From assembly GCA_902778245.1 (NCBI GenBank), contig CACYXH010000003.1, positions 8,017 through 72,016 on the forward strand: a stretch of DNA of 64,000 bases. Direction: 5' to 3'. Made by a program: the position numbers and the translations under genes. Each line of letters starts with the position of its first letter. The stretch's first letter is position 1. The notes beneath the pieces were generated by a model, which did not search any database, had not been told where the DNA came from, and saw only the letters and a list, made by a program, of their open reading frames with translations. Positions 1 through 9,467 of the stretch are shown piece after piece. This stretch comes from an uncultured Lachnospiraceae bacterium (GTDB lineage Bacteria > Bacillota > Clostridia > Lachnospirales > Lachnospiraceae).

Positions 1-880
1 CCTTAACCACTGCGTCCCCAGTACCATAAGTATAGCCCCGGAAGATAATACCGGTATAATACATATAATTGCTCAGCATACCAAGATCAAAAGAGACGTA
101 TCGATCCAGTTCATAGACTTTTAAGATCTCCAGCACTTCCTGAAGGCGCAAAATGGCCTTTGCCGCCTCCGTTCCCCCGGTCATAGCAAGTGCTTTTTCC
201 AACACCTCACCTCCGCCGAACAGAGTTGGAAGCATCACAAAAAGCTCTTTCAATTTCGCACTGATATTCTCCTTCGAGAGAAGTTTCTCCACACCGAATG
301 TATTTTTATTTTTGATCAGCTGCTTTAACTCCTCACGGATCTGCTGGTCAAAGCCGGCCTCCTTCGCAAGGCACTCGAAAAACTCCACATGCCCCACGCT
401 GATCTGAAACTCTCTCAGTCCCGCTTTTTGCAGCGTCTCAATTACCATGGCAATAATCTCCGCGTCCGCCTCCGGCGTTGCGTCTCCGATCAGTTCCGCT
501 CCCAACTGGGTATTCTCTTTCAGTAATCCCTGGTAACTGGAATTATTCACAAAAGTATTTCCCATATAGCACAGGCGAATAGGCTTTTCTTCATCCATAA
601 AATATTTTGAGGCTGCTCTGGCGATAGAGGGGGTAAAATCCGGCCGCAGGACCAGCGTATTTCCTTCTCTGTCAAAAAATTTGTATAGCTCTCTGGAGGG
701 AATCGTTCCCACCTCTTTGCCAAACACGTCAAAAAATTCAAAAGTAGGAGTCTCAATATCCCGGTAGCCGTAGGAATTCAACGCTTGCCTCAATCGGCTT
801 TCCAAAATCAGTTTTTTCTCGCATTCCTCATTATAGATATCCCGCACACCCTCCGGTGTATGTAAAATTTTCTGTATCAT
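1..880 (-). CDS. hisZ: ATP phosphoribosyltransferase regulatory subunit HisZ (3' end runs off the window start)
   Basis: Absent from the ORF track because it is edge-truncated. My translation from the ATG at 880-878 reads MIQKILHTPEGVRDIYNEECEKK...NTLVLRPDFTPSIARAASKYF... This is a class-II aaRS-like core with the RPDFT..IAR pattern of HisZ rather than HisS. Confidence 0.7.
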   Translation of the reverse strand, partial: MIQKILHTPEGVRDIYNEECEKKLILESRLRQALNSYGYRDIETPTFEFFDVFGKEVGTIPSRELYKFFDREGNTLVLRPDFTPSIARAASKYFMDEEKPIRLCYMGNTFVNNSSYQGLLKENTQLGAELIGDATPEADAEIIAMVIETLQKAGLREFQISVGHVEFFECLAKEAGFDQQIREELKQLIKNKNTFGVEKLLSKENISAKLKELFVMLPTLFGGGEVLEKALAMTGGTEAAKAILRLQEVLEILKVYELDRYVSFDLGMLSNYMYYTGIIFRGYTYGTGDAVVK

Positions 881-961
881 TGATTACTGCCTTTCCTATT
901 GCTTTAGTGTGGTAGAGTATTAAATCACCAGTGGACATTATACGGTATAACGTTCCGCCTG

Positions 962-1495
962 TCAATCCCTGCGGTCCAGATCTCTCTGCAGCGCATCCAG
1001 ATAAGGAACAAGTACGCCATGATTTTGATGGATCTGAAAGGTCGGATCCAGTTCTTCAAAACGGAAGCTCTTCCTCCCGCCCTGCGCCGCTCTTTCCCAA
1101 AATCTTTTGATATGGTCATAGGGCATATAGTATATTTCATTGCGGTGGGTATAAAAGATGATCAGGAACGCCACACCGCCCTGCTGTTCAAACTGTCCCA
1201 TAAAGCGGATCTGGTGCTCATGGACATTTTGCAGGCTAAACGTATCGTAATTGCATTCCTTGGCGTCAAAACACACCGGAATGCCCTGAACCGCTCCGAT
1301 GTAATCCACCGTACTCTTCTGGTCAAAATAAGCCAGTGTGATATGCCGGTTCTCTTTATCAATTTTGATGGGCGTGATAGGCGTCGGCACCTTCTGTATC
1401 AGTGCCAGGCCTTTCTCCAGGTATTGCTCGTTGGTTCGGTTGATGAGGTCCTCCAGGGTGGAGCCCCGAAGGCCTCTGGAATTCCAGGTTGCCAT
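962..1495 (-). CDS. recU: Holliday junction resolvase RecU
   Basis: 177 aa. NSRGLRGSTLEDLIN...IQKVPTPI...DYIGAVQGIPVCFDAKEC...LQNVHEHQIRFM follows the RecU pattern from end to end. Confidence 0.85.
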   Translation of the reverse strand: MATWNSRGLRGSTLEDLINRTNEQYLEKGLALIQKVPTPITPIKIDKENRHITLAYFDQKSTVDYIGAVQGIPVCFDAKECNYDTFSLQNVHEHQIRFMGQFEQQGGVAFLIIFYTHRNEIYYMPYDHIKRFWERAAQGGRKSFRFEELDPTFQIHQNHGVLVPYLDALQRDLDRRD

Positions 1496-1550
1496 TCTAT
1501 TATCCGATTGCGGTTTCTATTTATTGTTTATATACCGCAACTTTCCTTTC

Positions 1551-2537
1551 TCATGTTTTTTCAGTACGCATAGCAGCCAGGATGCTGCTAAACTGCTGCG
1601 GCAATTCAGCCACAAAGGTGCGGTTTGACAAGTGTGCCAGCGTCCCGGTCAGTTCTGGCAGTTCCAGGCGATAGGAATGCAGCAGCTGATGCTTTAATCC
1701 ATAGGTTTTTCTGTAGTATTCATTCAGCCTGGGATCACCGTATTTGGCATCCCCCACGATGGGATGTCCCACAGATGCCAGGTGCGCCCTGATCTGGTGG
1801 CTGCGTCCGGTGATCAATTTCACTTCCAGCAGCGTCAGGCCTTCGTAGACCTCCACAGGACGATATTCCGTCTGAATCGGCTGCGAATCCGGCCCGGACG
1901 TTTTCGATATGGTTACCTGGTTTGTTTTTTCATCTTTGATCAGATACCCCTCCAGATAACAGGCCTCTTTGATCCTACCCTTTACCAGACAGCGATAATA
2001 CTTGTGCATGGTACGGTCATGGAACAATCTGCTCAATTCCTGTAGCCCCGCCATGGTTTTTCCCGCTGCCACAATCCCGCTGGTATTCCGGTCCAGGCGG
2101 TTGCAAATGGAAGGCTGAAACCGGGCCAGTTCCTGTTCTGTTATCTGGCCGCTCTGCAGCAGATATCCGATAAAATACTCCACCAGGGAGACATCCTCCG
2201 GCTTCGCCTTCTGCGACAGCATTCCGGCCGGTTTGTTAATCAGACAGACCTGCTCATCCTCATAGATAATATCTAATTTGCGGCAGGGCCACACTTTTCT
2301 GTTTTGCTTTTCCTTTATTCCCGTAAATTTATTCAGCGTATCCTCCGCGAAATACAGGCGCACCACATCCCGCTCCTGCACCTTTTCGGAACCATCCGCT
2401 TTCTTTCCATTCAGCGTAATATTTTTCTTCCGAAGCATCTTGTAAATAAAACTTTTTGGCGCTTCTCTCAAATATTTTCCCAGATACTTGTCCAGACGCT
2501 GGCCGGCTTCTCTGGGTGTAATGATAATTTCTTTCAT
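1551..2537 (-). CDS. rluD: RluA-family 23S rRNA pseudouridine synthase (RluD-like, S4 domain at the N-terminus)
   Basis: 328 aa. It has an N-terminal S4-like region, the RLDRNTSG catalytic Asp motif and HQIRAHLASVGHPIVGD. Confidence 0.8.
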   Translation of the reverse strand: MKEIIITPREAGQRLDKYLGKYLREAPKSFIYKMLRKKNITLNGKKADGSEKVQERDVVRLYFAEDTLNKFTGIKEKQNRKVWPCRKLDIIYEDEQVCLINKPAGMLSQKAKPEDVSLVEYFIGYLLQSGQITEQELARFQPSICNRLDRNTSGIVAAGKTMAGLQELSRLFHDRTMHKYYRCLVKGRIKEACYLEGYLIKDEKTNQVTISKTSGPDSQPIQTEYRPVEVYEGLTLLEVKLITGRSHQIRAHLASVGHPIVGDAKYGDPRLNEYYRKTYGLKHQLLHSYRLELPELTGTLAHLSNRTFVAELPQQFSSILAAMRTEKT

Positions 2538-2574
2538 AACTTCTAATAAATCTTACTTCTTCCTACTCTTTTTC

Positions 2575-3393
2575 CTACTCTTTTGTCTGAAACAAATAGC
2601 CATATTTGTGCATCTGCAAATAAAGGAGTGTCATAACTCTGCCTTTCACAATTTCCGAATAATTTTCGGCGCCAAGCATCAAGTTCTGAATATCTTTTTT
2701 CGTAAAAGTAAACTGAAGTTGATTCCCATAAAGTTCCTCTGAGATATCCAGCTGTTCATCAAAATCACAGCATATTGTCTTGGACGAAACACACTTCATT
2801 AAATAATATATATCTCCTTCTATCGGATAATCCATAGTTATATCTGACAATAATCCTGCGCCATTGTCAAAGATCGGACAATAATCAAATTTGCCCTCAC
2901 CATCCATAAGTACAGCAATATTGTGAGTATGACGGTCTTCATTTAAAAAGAAAGCATCAATCGTAAATAATTTGTTCAGGTATTGGCCAAAATGTTTCAA
3001 TCCGGTCATTCGCTCTACCTGTTCCACCAGGAAACGCAGCCTTCCTTCATTAGAAGTGATTTGATAAATTGATTTATACAAACTTTTACCAAAGAAACTC
3101 TGAAACAGGCGTTCCAACGTAATAATCTGCCAGCCCTCTTTCAGAAAATTATTGCTCCTTACTCCACAGTACACCGTTTCTTTATACCTTATCTGCTCCA
3201 AATCATACAGAACATACTCCTCCGGCGAAAGAGTGGAATATTTCAGCAGATGCGAGATAATATACTCTGATAAACCTTCGTACCCGGTATAATCGGCTTT
3301 GTACCATAAATTACCATTCATCCACTTCAGCTGATTTCCCTTCGAAGACTGCCTGTCATTTTTAAGTATATCCTGTTCAAACAAATCAACCAT
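2575..3393 (-). CDS. HipA-family Ser/Thr kinase, short form with the C-terminal kinase core only (putative toxin)
   Basis: 272 aa. Motifs are SSKGNQLKW (GxQxK-like loop), FLNEDRHTHNIAV (catalytic loop) and FDNGAG. It lacks the N-terminal subdomain of full-length HipA. Confidence 0.65.
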   Translation of the reverse strand: MVDLFEQDILKNDRQSSKGNQLKWMNGNLWYKADYTGYEGLSEYIISHLLKYSTLSPEEYVLYDLEQIRYKETVYCGVRSNNFLKEGWQIITLERLFQSFFGKSLYKSIYQITSNEGRLRFLVEQVERMTGLKHFGQYLNKLFTIDAFFLNEDRHTHNIAVLMDGEGKFDYCPIFDNGAGLLSDITMDYPIEGDIYYLMKCVSSKTICCDFDEQLDISEELYGNQLQFTFTKKDIQNLMLGAENYSEIVKGRVMTLLYLQMHKYGYLFQTKE

Positions 3394-3396
3394 ACA

Positions 3397-3945
3397 TCAC
3401 CTCTCGATGCGTATCCAAAAATCATCTTCTGCCATCCGTCCTTCCGTCTTTTCTATTATCAGGAACGGATCGTAGAAAGGAATATCCAGATCTTTCAGGA
3501 TCAATTTCATTTTATCTCTGCTCCTTGGAAAACACCTGGACTCTAAAAATGCCATATAACTTTCATAATCGGGATGTTCAACGCCTCCGAATGCGCAAAA
3601 CAGAATATTATCCGTATAGTTCTTAATTTTAATTTTACGGTTGATCTCGTCCACATCAATCAGGGTGCAAAGCTGCTGATCGTGCATATACCATAGCCTT
3701 AGAGGCAGCTGCCGGGGCGGGATCTCCAGTGCTGATATACAGTTTGGCTCCCGCTCTATCAATTGAAGAAGAAGAACCACGGGCCCTGTAATAGGGCTGC
3801 TGCTCGTCTCCCACCGTTCAATGGTGGGTTTTGAACAGCCAACCAGCCTGGCAAATTCTTTCTGAGTAAGCTGCAAAAGTTTTCGAATCCGTTTTATCTC
3901 CTTTGCTGTAGTAAAATCCGAAACAGCAAACCTTTTTTCTTCCAT
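3397..3945 (-). CDS. XRE-family HTH protein with a C-terminal HipA-N/HipS-like domain (putative antitoxin/repressor)
   Basis: I chose the start at MEEKRF (ATG 3945), which has a GAGGTG RBS. The HTH is LTQKEFARLVGCSKPTIERWE. The C-terminal part AFLESRCFPRSRDK...DPFLIIEKTEGRMAEDDFWI resembles the HipA N-subdomain. Its stop lies 3 nt before the kinase ATG. Confidence 0.6.
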   Translation of the reverse strand: MEEKRFAVSDFTTAKEIKRIRKLLQLTQKEFARLVGCSKPTIERWETSSSPITGPVVLLLQLIEREPNCISALEIPPRQLPLRLWYMHDQQLCTLIDVDEINRKIKIKNYTDNILFCAFGGVEHPDYESYMAFLESRCFPRSRDKMKLILKDLDIPFYDPFLIIEKTEGRMAEDDFWIRIER

Positions 3946-3964
3946 CAAGATCACCTCTACGCAT

Positions 3965-3992
3965 ATTATACCATTATTATAATGGTTTTCAA
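3965..3992 (-). promoter_or_regulatory. Sigma-A-type promoter (TTGAAA-16-TATAAT) with an embedded perfect palindrome operator ACCATTAT-T-ATAATGGT (3970-3986)
   Basis: Read directly from the minus strand. The -35 is at 3992-3987 and the -10 at 3970-3965. The 17-nt palindrome fills the spacer. Confidence 0.5.
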
Positions 3993-4046
3993 CAAAAATA
4001 TACAATCATTTTAATGGTTTTTTGTAGGTGAATAAAATGATAAAAC

Positions 4047-4658
4047 TCACAGCGAAATCGCCATCAGCACTTGCTTCATCAGTTCTTCCCTGGACAGTTC
4101 CGGATAATTTTCATCCGGAGTGAACTTGATTCCCTCCCGATATTTTTCCGGCGCGTGGGCCAGCTGGTCCACCCGGTCCAGGTAAGGCTTTAATTCGGGA
4201 AAGATTTTCACCTTGGTGGAGTAATAGTGATTCGCGTTAAGAATCTTTGCCATATGCTTTTCCATAAATTCAAATTTGTCTTTTTGACCATGGCTGCTGT
4301 AGCAGACCACCTGATCGCCGCAGATTACCAGTGCGTCAAGCGGCATTGTCCCTTCATAGGCGCTGATCACCAGCTCATAAGCTCTGGTCAGCTCACCGCA
4401 CCGCTTTTCTGTCTCTTCTAAAGCATTTTTGTCGCCGGATTTCTGCATCATCATCATGATCCAGCTCACTGCCACCTTTGCCGCAGGGAGAATACCCAGA
4501 ATCGCCACCAGGGTAAACAGGTTCTTTCTGGTTCCGGTCTGCCCAAGTCCTGTAAAAAATATGATCAGAGGGATAGCAAACATAACAGCCGTGATCAAAG
4601 TCCTCTTCGCCTTCTCATATTTAATATATCCGTAATTTCCCTTTTCTGCCTTTTTCAT
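4047..4658 (-). CDS. Hypothetical membrane protein (2 predicted TM helices plus a cytoplasmic domain)
   Basis: 203 aa. Hydrophobic segments are LITAVMFAIPLIIFFTGL and LFTLVAILGILPAAKVAVSWIMMMM. I recognise no motif. Confidence 0.5.
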   Translation of the reverse strand: MKKAEKGNYGYIKYEKAKRTLITAVMFAIPLIIFFTGLGQTGTRKNLFTLVAILGILPAAKVAVSWIMMMMQKSGDKNALEETEKRCGELTRAYELVISAYEGTMPLDALVICGDQVVCYSSHGQKDKFEFMEKHMAKILNANHYYSTKVKIFPELKPYLDRVDQLAHAPEKYREGIKFTPDENYPELSREELMKQVLMAISL

Positions 4659-4685
4659 ATGGATATCCTTTCGATGTTCTGCCGG

Positions 4686-6563
4686 TCATTTTTTCTTGTG
4701 TACATTTCGGATCGTTTTCCTCTTACCCGGTTTCCCTTTTCCTCTTATTTCACCTGAGTTTTCTTTCTCCGGCCGGATCAGGCACTTTGGCCCATATCCG
4801 ATCAGATCCTCCCGGTGCGCCAGCCTCAATGCTTCTTCTACCATCTTTCGGTTCTTCGGATTCCGATACTGCATCAATGCCCTCTGCAGCGCTTTCTCGT
4901 GAGGATTTCGCGGCACGTACACCGGTTCCATGGTCCTGGGATCCAGCCCCGTATAATACATACAGGTAGATATCGTAGACGGCGTCGGGTAGAAGTCCTG
5001 TACCTGCTCCGGCATGTATCCCAAATCTCTCAGGTACTCCGCCAGTTCCACCGCGTCCCGCATGGTACAGCCCGGATGGGAAGACATCAGATACGGCACC
5101 AGAAACTGGTTTTTTCCACAATCCTGATTCATTTTCCGATACTTCTCCACAAATTTCAAATATACGCTGTGCTGCGGCTTACCCATCTTTTCCAGCACTC
5201 GGTTCGAGACATGCTCCGGCGCCACTTTAAGCTGCCCGCTGATATGGTAATTCACCAATTCACGCAAAAACTCATCCGATGGATCGCTGATCAGGTAATC
5301 AAACCGTATTCCGGAACGCACAAATACTTTTTTTACTCTGGGAAGGGACCGCAGCTTTCGGAGCAGTTCCACATAATCCCGGTGACTCACCTTTAGATTC
5401 TTACAGGGCGTGGGGAACAGACACTGACGGTTCTTGCACACGCCCGCCCGGAGCTGCTTTTCACAGGAAGGCTGCCGGAAATTGGCCGTAGGTCCTCCCA
5501 CATCGTGAATATATCCTTTAAACTCCTTATCCTCCGTCATGTCCCGGGCTTCCTGCAGGATAGAATCATGGCTCCTGGTCTGTACGATCCTCCCCTGGTG
5601 AAAGGTCAGGGCGCAAAAATTGCAGCCCCCAAAACAACCTCTATTGCTGACAAGACTGAACTTTACCTCCGCGATTGCCGGGATCCCGCCTTGCGTCTCA
5701 TAGGACGGATGATACGTCCTGCAATAAGGCAGCGCATAAACTTCATCCATTTCCTCCTGGGTCAGAGGCTTCGCCGGAGGATTCTGCACCACATAGACGG
5801 TTCCGTACCGTTCCGCCATCCGCTTACCCGAAAAAGGGTCGGTATTACAATACTGGCGGTAAAAACTCCTGGCATAATTCGCCGGATCCGCCAAAAGGTC
5901 CTCATAGGAAGGCAGCAATTCGTAATCATATACCTGTTCGATCTGCTTCGTCTTAAAACAGGTTCCGGGCACAAAAGTAATATCTTTTATGTTTATTCCG
6001 GAAGAAAGGGCATCGGCAATCTCCACAATGGAGTGTTCTCCCATGCCATAAGAGATCAGATCCGCTCCGCAGTCCATAAGCAGTGACCGCTTCAGCGAAT
6101 CGCTCCAGTAATCGTAGTGCGCCAGCCGCCGCAGACTGGCTTCTATGCCGCCTGCTATGATCGGCGTCTTTTTGTAGATTTGTCGGATCAGATTGCAGTA
6201 CACCATCACAGCCCGGTCCGGACGCTTTCCCATCAATCCGCCGGGCGTGTAACTGTCCATCTGACGGTGCTTTTTAGAAACCGCATAGTGATTCACCATA
6301 GAATCCATGTTTCCGGCTGATACAAGAAATCCAAGTCTGGGTTCCCCCAGCACCGTAATGCTGTCCGCACATTTCCAATCCGGCTGTGAGATGATCCCCA
6401 CCGTGTAACCTCTGGACTGCAGCAATCGGCTGATGATGGCATGCCCGAAAGAGGGATGGTCCACATAGGCATCCCCGATCACATAGACAAAATCTAACTG
6501 TGCAATATTCTGTTTTCTCATATCTTCCCGTGAAATGGGCAGAAACTCCAGATTCATTGCCAA
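4686..6563 (-). CDS. ygiQ: YgiQ-family (UPF0313) radical SAM protein
   Basis: 625 aa. The N-terminus GDAYVDHPSFGHAIISRLLQSRGYTVGIISQPDW is typical of YgiQ. The CFGGCNFC radical-SAM cluster motif is present. Confidence 0.85.
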   Translation of the reverse strand: MAMNLEFLPISREDMRKQNIAQLDFVYVIGDAYVDHPSFGHAIISRLLQSRGYTVGIISQPDWKCADSITVLGEPRLGFLVSAGNMDSMVNHYAVSKKHRQMDSYTPGGLMGKRPDRAVMVYCNLIRQIYKKTPIIAGGIEASLRRLAHYDYWSDSLKRSLLMDCGADLISYGMGEHSIVEIADALSSGINIKDITFVPGTCFKTKQIEQVYDYELLPSYEDLLADPANYARSFYRQYCNTDPFSGKRMAERYGTVYVVQNPPAKPLTQEEMDEVYALPYCRTYHPSYETQGGIPAIAEVKFSLVSNRGCFGGCNFCALTFHQGRIVQTRSHDSILQEARDMTEDKEFKGYIHDVGGPTANFRQPSCEKQLRAGVCKNRQCLFPTPCKNLKVSHRDYVELLRKLRSLPRVKKVFVRSGIRFDYLISDPSDEFLRELVNYHISGQLKVAPEHVSNRVLEKMGKPQHSVYLKFVEKYRKMNQDCGKNQFLVPYLMSSHPGCTMRDAVELAEYLRDLGYMPEQVQDFYPTPSTISTCMYYTGLDPRTMEPVYVPRNPHEKALQRALMQYRNPKNRKMVEEALRLAHREDLIGYGPKCLIRPEKENSGEIRGKGKPGKRKTIRNVHKKK

Positions 6564-6591
6564 TACCTCTTATATTACTGTAAAAGGAAGT

Positions 6592-7260
6592 TTATCGCAG
6601 GATTTCATACGTCTGATCCAACACCTGATCAAAACTTCGAATATAATAATCTGCCAAAGACCGTATTTTCTCTTCCTGGTCTCTGGAGTACGCATCCTCC
6701 ATGGCACAGACTGTCATTCCTGCATTAAGCCCCGCCAGTATACCATTCGGTACGTCCTCAAACACCAGACAGTCTTTCGGTGCTACCTTTAAAGCATTTG
6801 CCACTGCCAGATACACATCCGGAGCCGGTTTTCCCTTCGCCACATCGCAGGAGGTCAGGACACAGTCAAACAGCCGGTCAACCCCGTTACTTTTCAGAGC
6901 GATCATAGCCAGGTCAATGTGATTGCTGGTGGCGATCCCCAGTTTTACTCCCTGGCGCTTTAGCTCATGCAGAAAGCGATGGCCACCCTGCTTCAGCCTG
7001 ACCTGCTTTTCATATTTATCGCAGGCCATCCGGTTCCAGTCGGATTTAATTTCCTCAACGGTCAGCGGAAGCTGAAAACGCTCTTTAAAATAGCTTGCTG
7101 TTTCCGTGTAGCCCATACCTTCAATTTCCCGCTGCAGATCTTCCGGCAGGGGAATTCCAAATTGCCCCAGATATTCAATATCAATATCTTTCCACATCCA
7201 CATGGAATCCATCAGTGTACCGTCCATGTCAAAGATGACCGCTTTTTTATTTTTCAGCAT
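6592..7260 (-). CDS. HAD-IA family hydrolase (phosphatase / beta-phosphoglucomutase-like)
   Basis: 222 aa with the FDMDGTL motif I, ATSN motif II and GKPAPD...FEDVPNG motifs. Confidence 0.8.
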   Translation of the reverse strand: MLKNKKAVIFDMDGTLMDSMWMWKDIDIEYLGQFGIPLPEDLQREIEGMGYTETASYFKERFQLPLTVEEIKSDWNRMACDKYEKQVRLKQGGHRFLHELKRQGVKLGIATSNHIDLAMIALKSNGVDRLFDCVLTSCDVAKGKPAPDVYLAVANALKVAPKDCLVFEDVPNGILAGLNAGMTVCAMEDAYSRDQEEKIRSLADYYIRSFDQVLDQTYEILR

Positions 7261-7984
7261 TTCTCTTTAATCCTTCTATTTCCTCCGCAGTCAGGCTGCG
7301 GTATTCTCCCTTTTGCAGCGTTTCATCCAATTTCAGATTTCCCATGGAAATCCGTTTGAGATAAACCACCCGTTTTCCCACTGCCTCAAACATTCTCTTG
7401 ACCTGATGGAATTTTCCCTCATGGATCGTGAGTTCTATTCTGGAATGCGGAATGGCCTGTGCGTCATGATCTAATAGGACCAGCTTTGCAGGCAGTGTCT
7501 TTTTCTTTTCTCCAATGTCCAATCCTTCCCGGAAGCGGATCACATCCTCCCCGGTCACGATTCCCTCAATTTCCGCATAATAAGTCTTCTCCACATGTTT
7601 TCTAGGAGAAAGAAGTTCGTGTGCTAAAACGCCATCATCCGTCAGCAGCAGCAGCCCTTCCGTATCCACATCCAGCCGTCCCACCGGGAACAGATTTTTT
7701 CTATCCTCCCCGGAAAGCAGATCCAGAACCACCGGCTGGCGTCTATCCTCCGTAGCGGACAGATAGCCCGCCGGTTTGTTCAGCAAAAAATATCGGCAAC
7801 CTGAAAGCCGTATCTCTTTGCCATTGCATAAAATACTGTCCATATCCGTATTTACTTTATATTCCGGCAGCCGGATCACGGCATGATTCACCGTTACCAT
7901 GCCTTTTTTTAACAGTTGTTTGACTTCACTTCTGGTTCCGCAGCCTGCATTCGCCAGAAATCTGTCTAATCTCATAGCCGGCAT
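7247..7984 (-). CDS. RsuA/RluB-family rRNA pseudouridine synthase with an S4 domain
   Basis: Start taken at MPAMRLDRFL (AGGAGG RBS upstream). GRLDVDTEGLLLLTDDG is the catalytic motif. Confidence 0.8.
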   Translation of the reverse strand: MPAMRLDRFLANAGCGTRSEVKQLLKKGMVTVNHAVIRLPEYKVNTDMDSILCNGKEIRLSGCRYFLLNKPAGYLSATEDRRQPVVLDLLSGEDRKNLFPVGRLDVDTEGLLLLTDDGVLAHELLSPRKHVEKTYYAEIEGIVTGEDVIRFREGLDIGEKKKTLPAKLVLLDHDAQAIPHSRIELTIHEGKFHQVKRMFEAVGKRVVYLKRISMGNLKLDETLQKGEYRSLTAEEIEGLKRNAEK

Positions 7985-8026
7985 TCTGATCCTCCTTTTG
8001 GCGCCGCCTCTCATATCCTGATCTGC

Positions 8027-9457
8027 TTAAAGCATTCTCCACCCGGGATAGTACTTATTGCGCACCACACCGTTCACATATTTGCCCCATCCAAGAGGAT
8101 AGCCATCGCAGCAAATAAGCACCCATCCGGGTTTGCAACGTTCCGCTTCCGGAACATCCAGAGTTTCTCCCTTCAGGTAACGCGTCACTGCCGGATGATC
8201 CGACGGCAGATCCAGCACATTGGAGAAATGCTCTTTTTTCAGCGCCATCGCCAGTGCCTGGGATGGTTCAAAGCGGTTCTTTTTTACGGTGCCCAGCAGC
8301 AGCCCCGTCCGCAGATAGCGAAGTTTCGGCATCGCTGTTTTTGCAGGCTGCCAGAGCAAAAGTTCCCCGTTTTGAGAAATTCTTCCTGTAGGAAGCAGGG
8401 GAAACTTCAAGTTTCTAAAAAACTCCAACGTTTCTGGATATTTTTGATAAAGCGCCTCCACCTTCTCATGATCCGTCGTATCTTTCTTTTTTCTGATCTT
8501 CTCTACGGCTTCTGACGACTCTTCCTTCTTTCGCATCAGGGCGGCAAAATGTCCTTCGCCCTCCATCCGGTGAGGCCAGATACGGATACAGTTCTCACGG
8601 ACTTCCTTCCATTGCAGCTCCCTTTCCTGTGAAATGGCATCAGATATATTCTCTGCAGCGCCTCCAGAAAATCCAGTATACCCTTCAGGCTTTACCATTT
8701 CCATCTGGGGAAATTTTTCCAGGAGGTAAGCAACAATTTCCTCATCCTCTTCCGGAGAGAACGTACAGGTAGAATACAGCAACATACCTCCCGGCTTTAG
8801 CATCCGTACCGCACAGGATAGAATCTCTCGTTGAATGGGCGCATAATATTCCGGTCCCCGTTCCAGCCAGCTTTTCATCAGCGCAGGATCTTTTCGGAAC
8901 ATGCCCTCACCGGAACAGGGCGCATCCACCAGTATCTTGTCAAAATAGCATCCAAACTGCTGCAAAAGCCGGTCTGGAGATTCCCCGGTGACATATGCGT
9001 TCATGATACCAAACTGCTCTATATTTTTCAAAAGTCCCTTCGCTCTGGAAGCACTGATGTCGTTAGCTACCAGCATCCCGGTTCCTCTTAGCCTGGCTGC
9101 CAGTTCCGTAGCTTTTCCGCCGGGAGCAGCACACAGATCCAGCACTGTATCTCCCACCTCTATCGGAAGCCGGCTGGCGGGAACCATAGCGCTGGGTTCC
9201 TGGATATAATACAGTCCACAGTAATAATGAGGATGCCTGGTCACCGCATCCTCCTCCCGGTAAAAAAAACCATTCTCTGTCCATGGAATGGGAGTCAGAG
9301 TAAACGGAGTAATGCGCATAAAATCTTCCACTGATATCTTTGAAGTATTGACCCGCAGTCCCTGCCGTTTTTCCCGGGCATAACAATTGGCAAAATCCTC
9401 GTACTCCGCTCCCAGCAGCCCCTTCATGCGCTGAGTAAACTCATCCGGTAAATTCAT
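8027..9457 (-). CDS. NOL1/NOP2/Sun-family rRNA cytosine-C5 methyltransferase (RsmF/RsmB-like)
   Basis: 476 aa. DLCAAPGGKATELA is the SAM-binding motif, DAPCSGEG and STCT are the catalytic Cys motifs, and there is a C-terminal PUA-like extension. Confidence 0.8.
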   Translation of the reverse strand: MNLPDEFTQRMKGLLGAEYEDFANCYAREKRQGLRVNTSKISVEDFMRITPFTLTPIPWTENGFFYREEDAVTRHPHYYCGLYYIQEPSAMVPASRLPIEVGDTVLDLCAAPGGKATELAARLRGTGMLVANDISASRAKGLLKNIEQFGIMNAYVTGESPDRLLQQFGCYFDKILVDAPCSGEGMFRKDPALMKSWLERGPEYYAPIQREILSCAVRMLKPGGMLLYSTCTFSPEEDEEIVAYLLEKFPQMEMVKPEGYTGFSGGAAENISDAISQERELQWKEVRENCIRIWPHRMEGEGHFAALMRKKEESSEAVEKIRKKKDTTDHEKVEALYQKYPETLEFFRNLKFPLLPTGRISQNGELLLWQPAKTAMPKLRYLRTGLLLGTVKKNRFEPSQALAMALKKEHFSNVLDLPSDHPAVTRYLKGETLDVPEAERCKPGWVLICCDGYPLGWGKYVNGVVRNKYYPGWRML

Positions 9458-9467
9458 AAGTTCTCCT

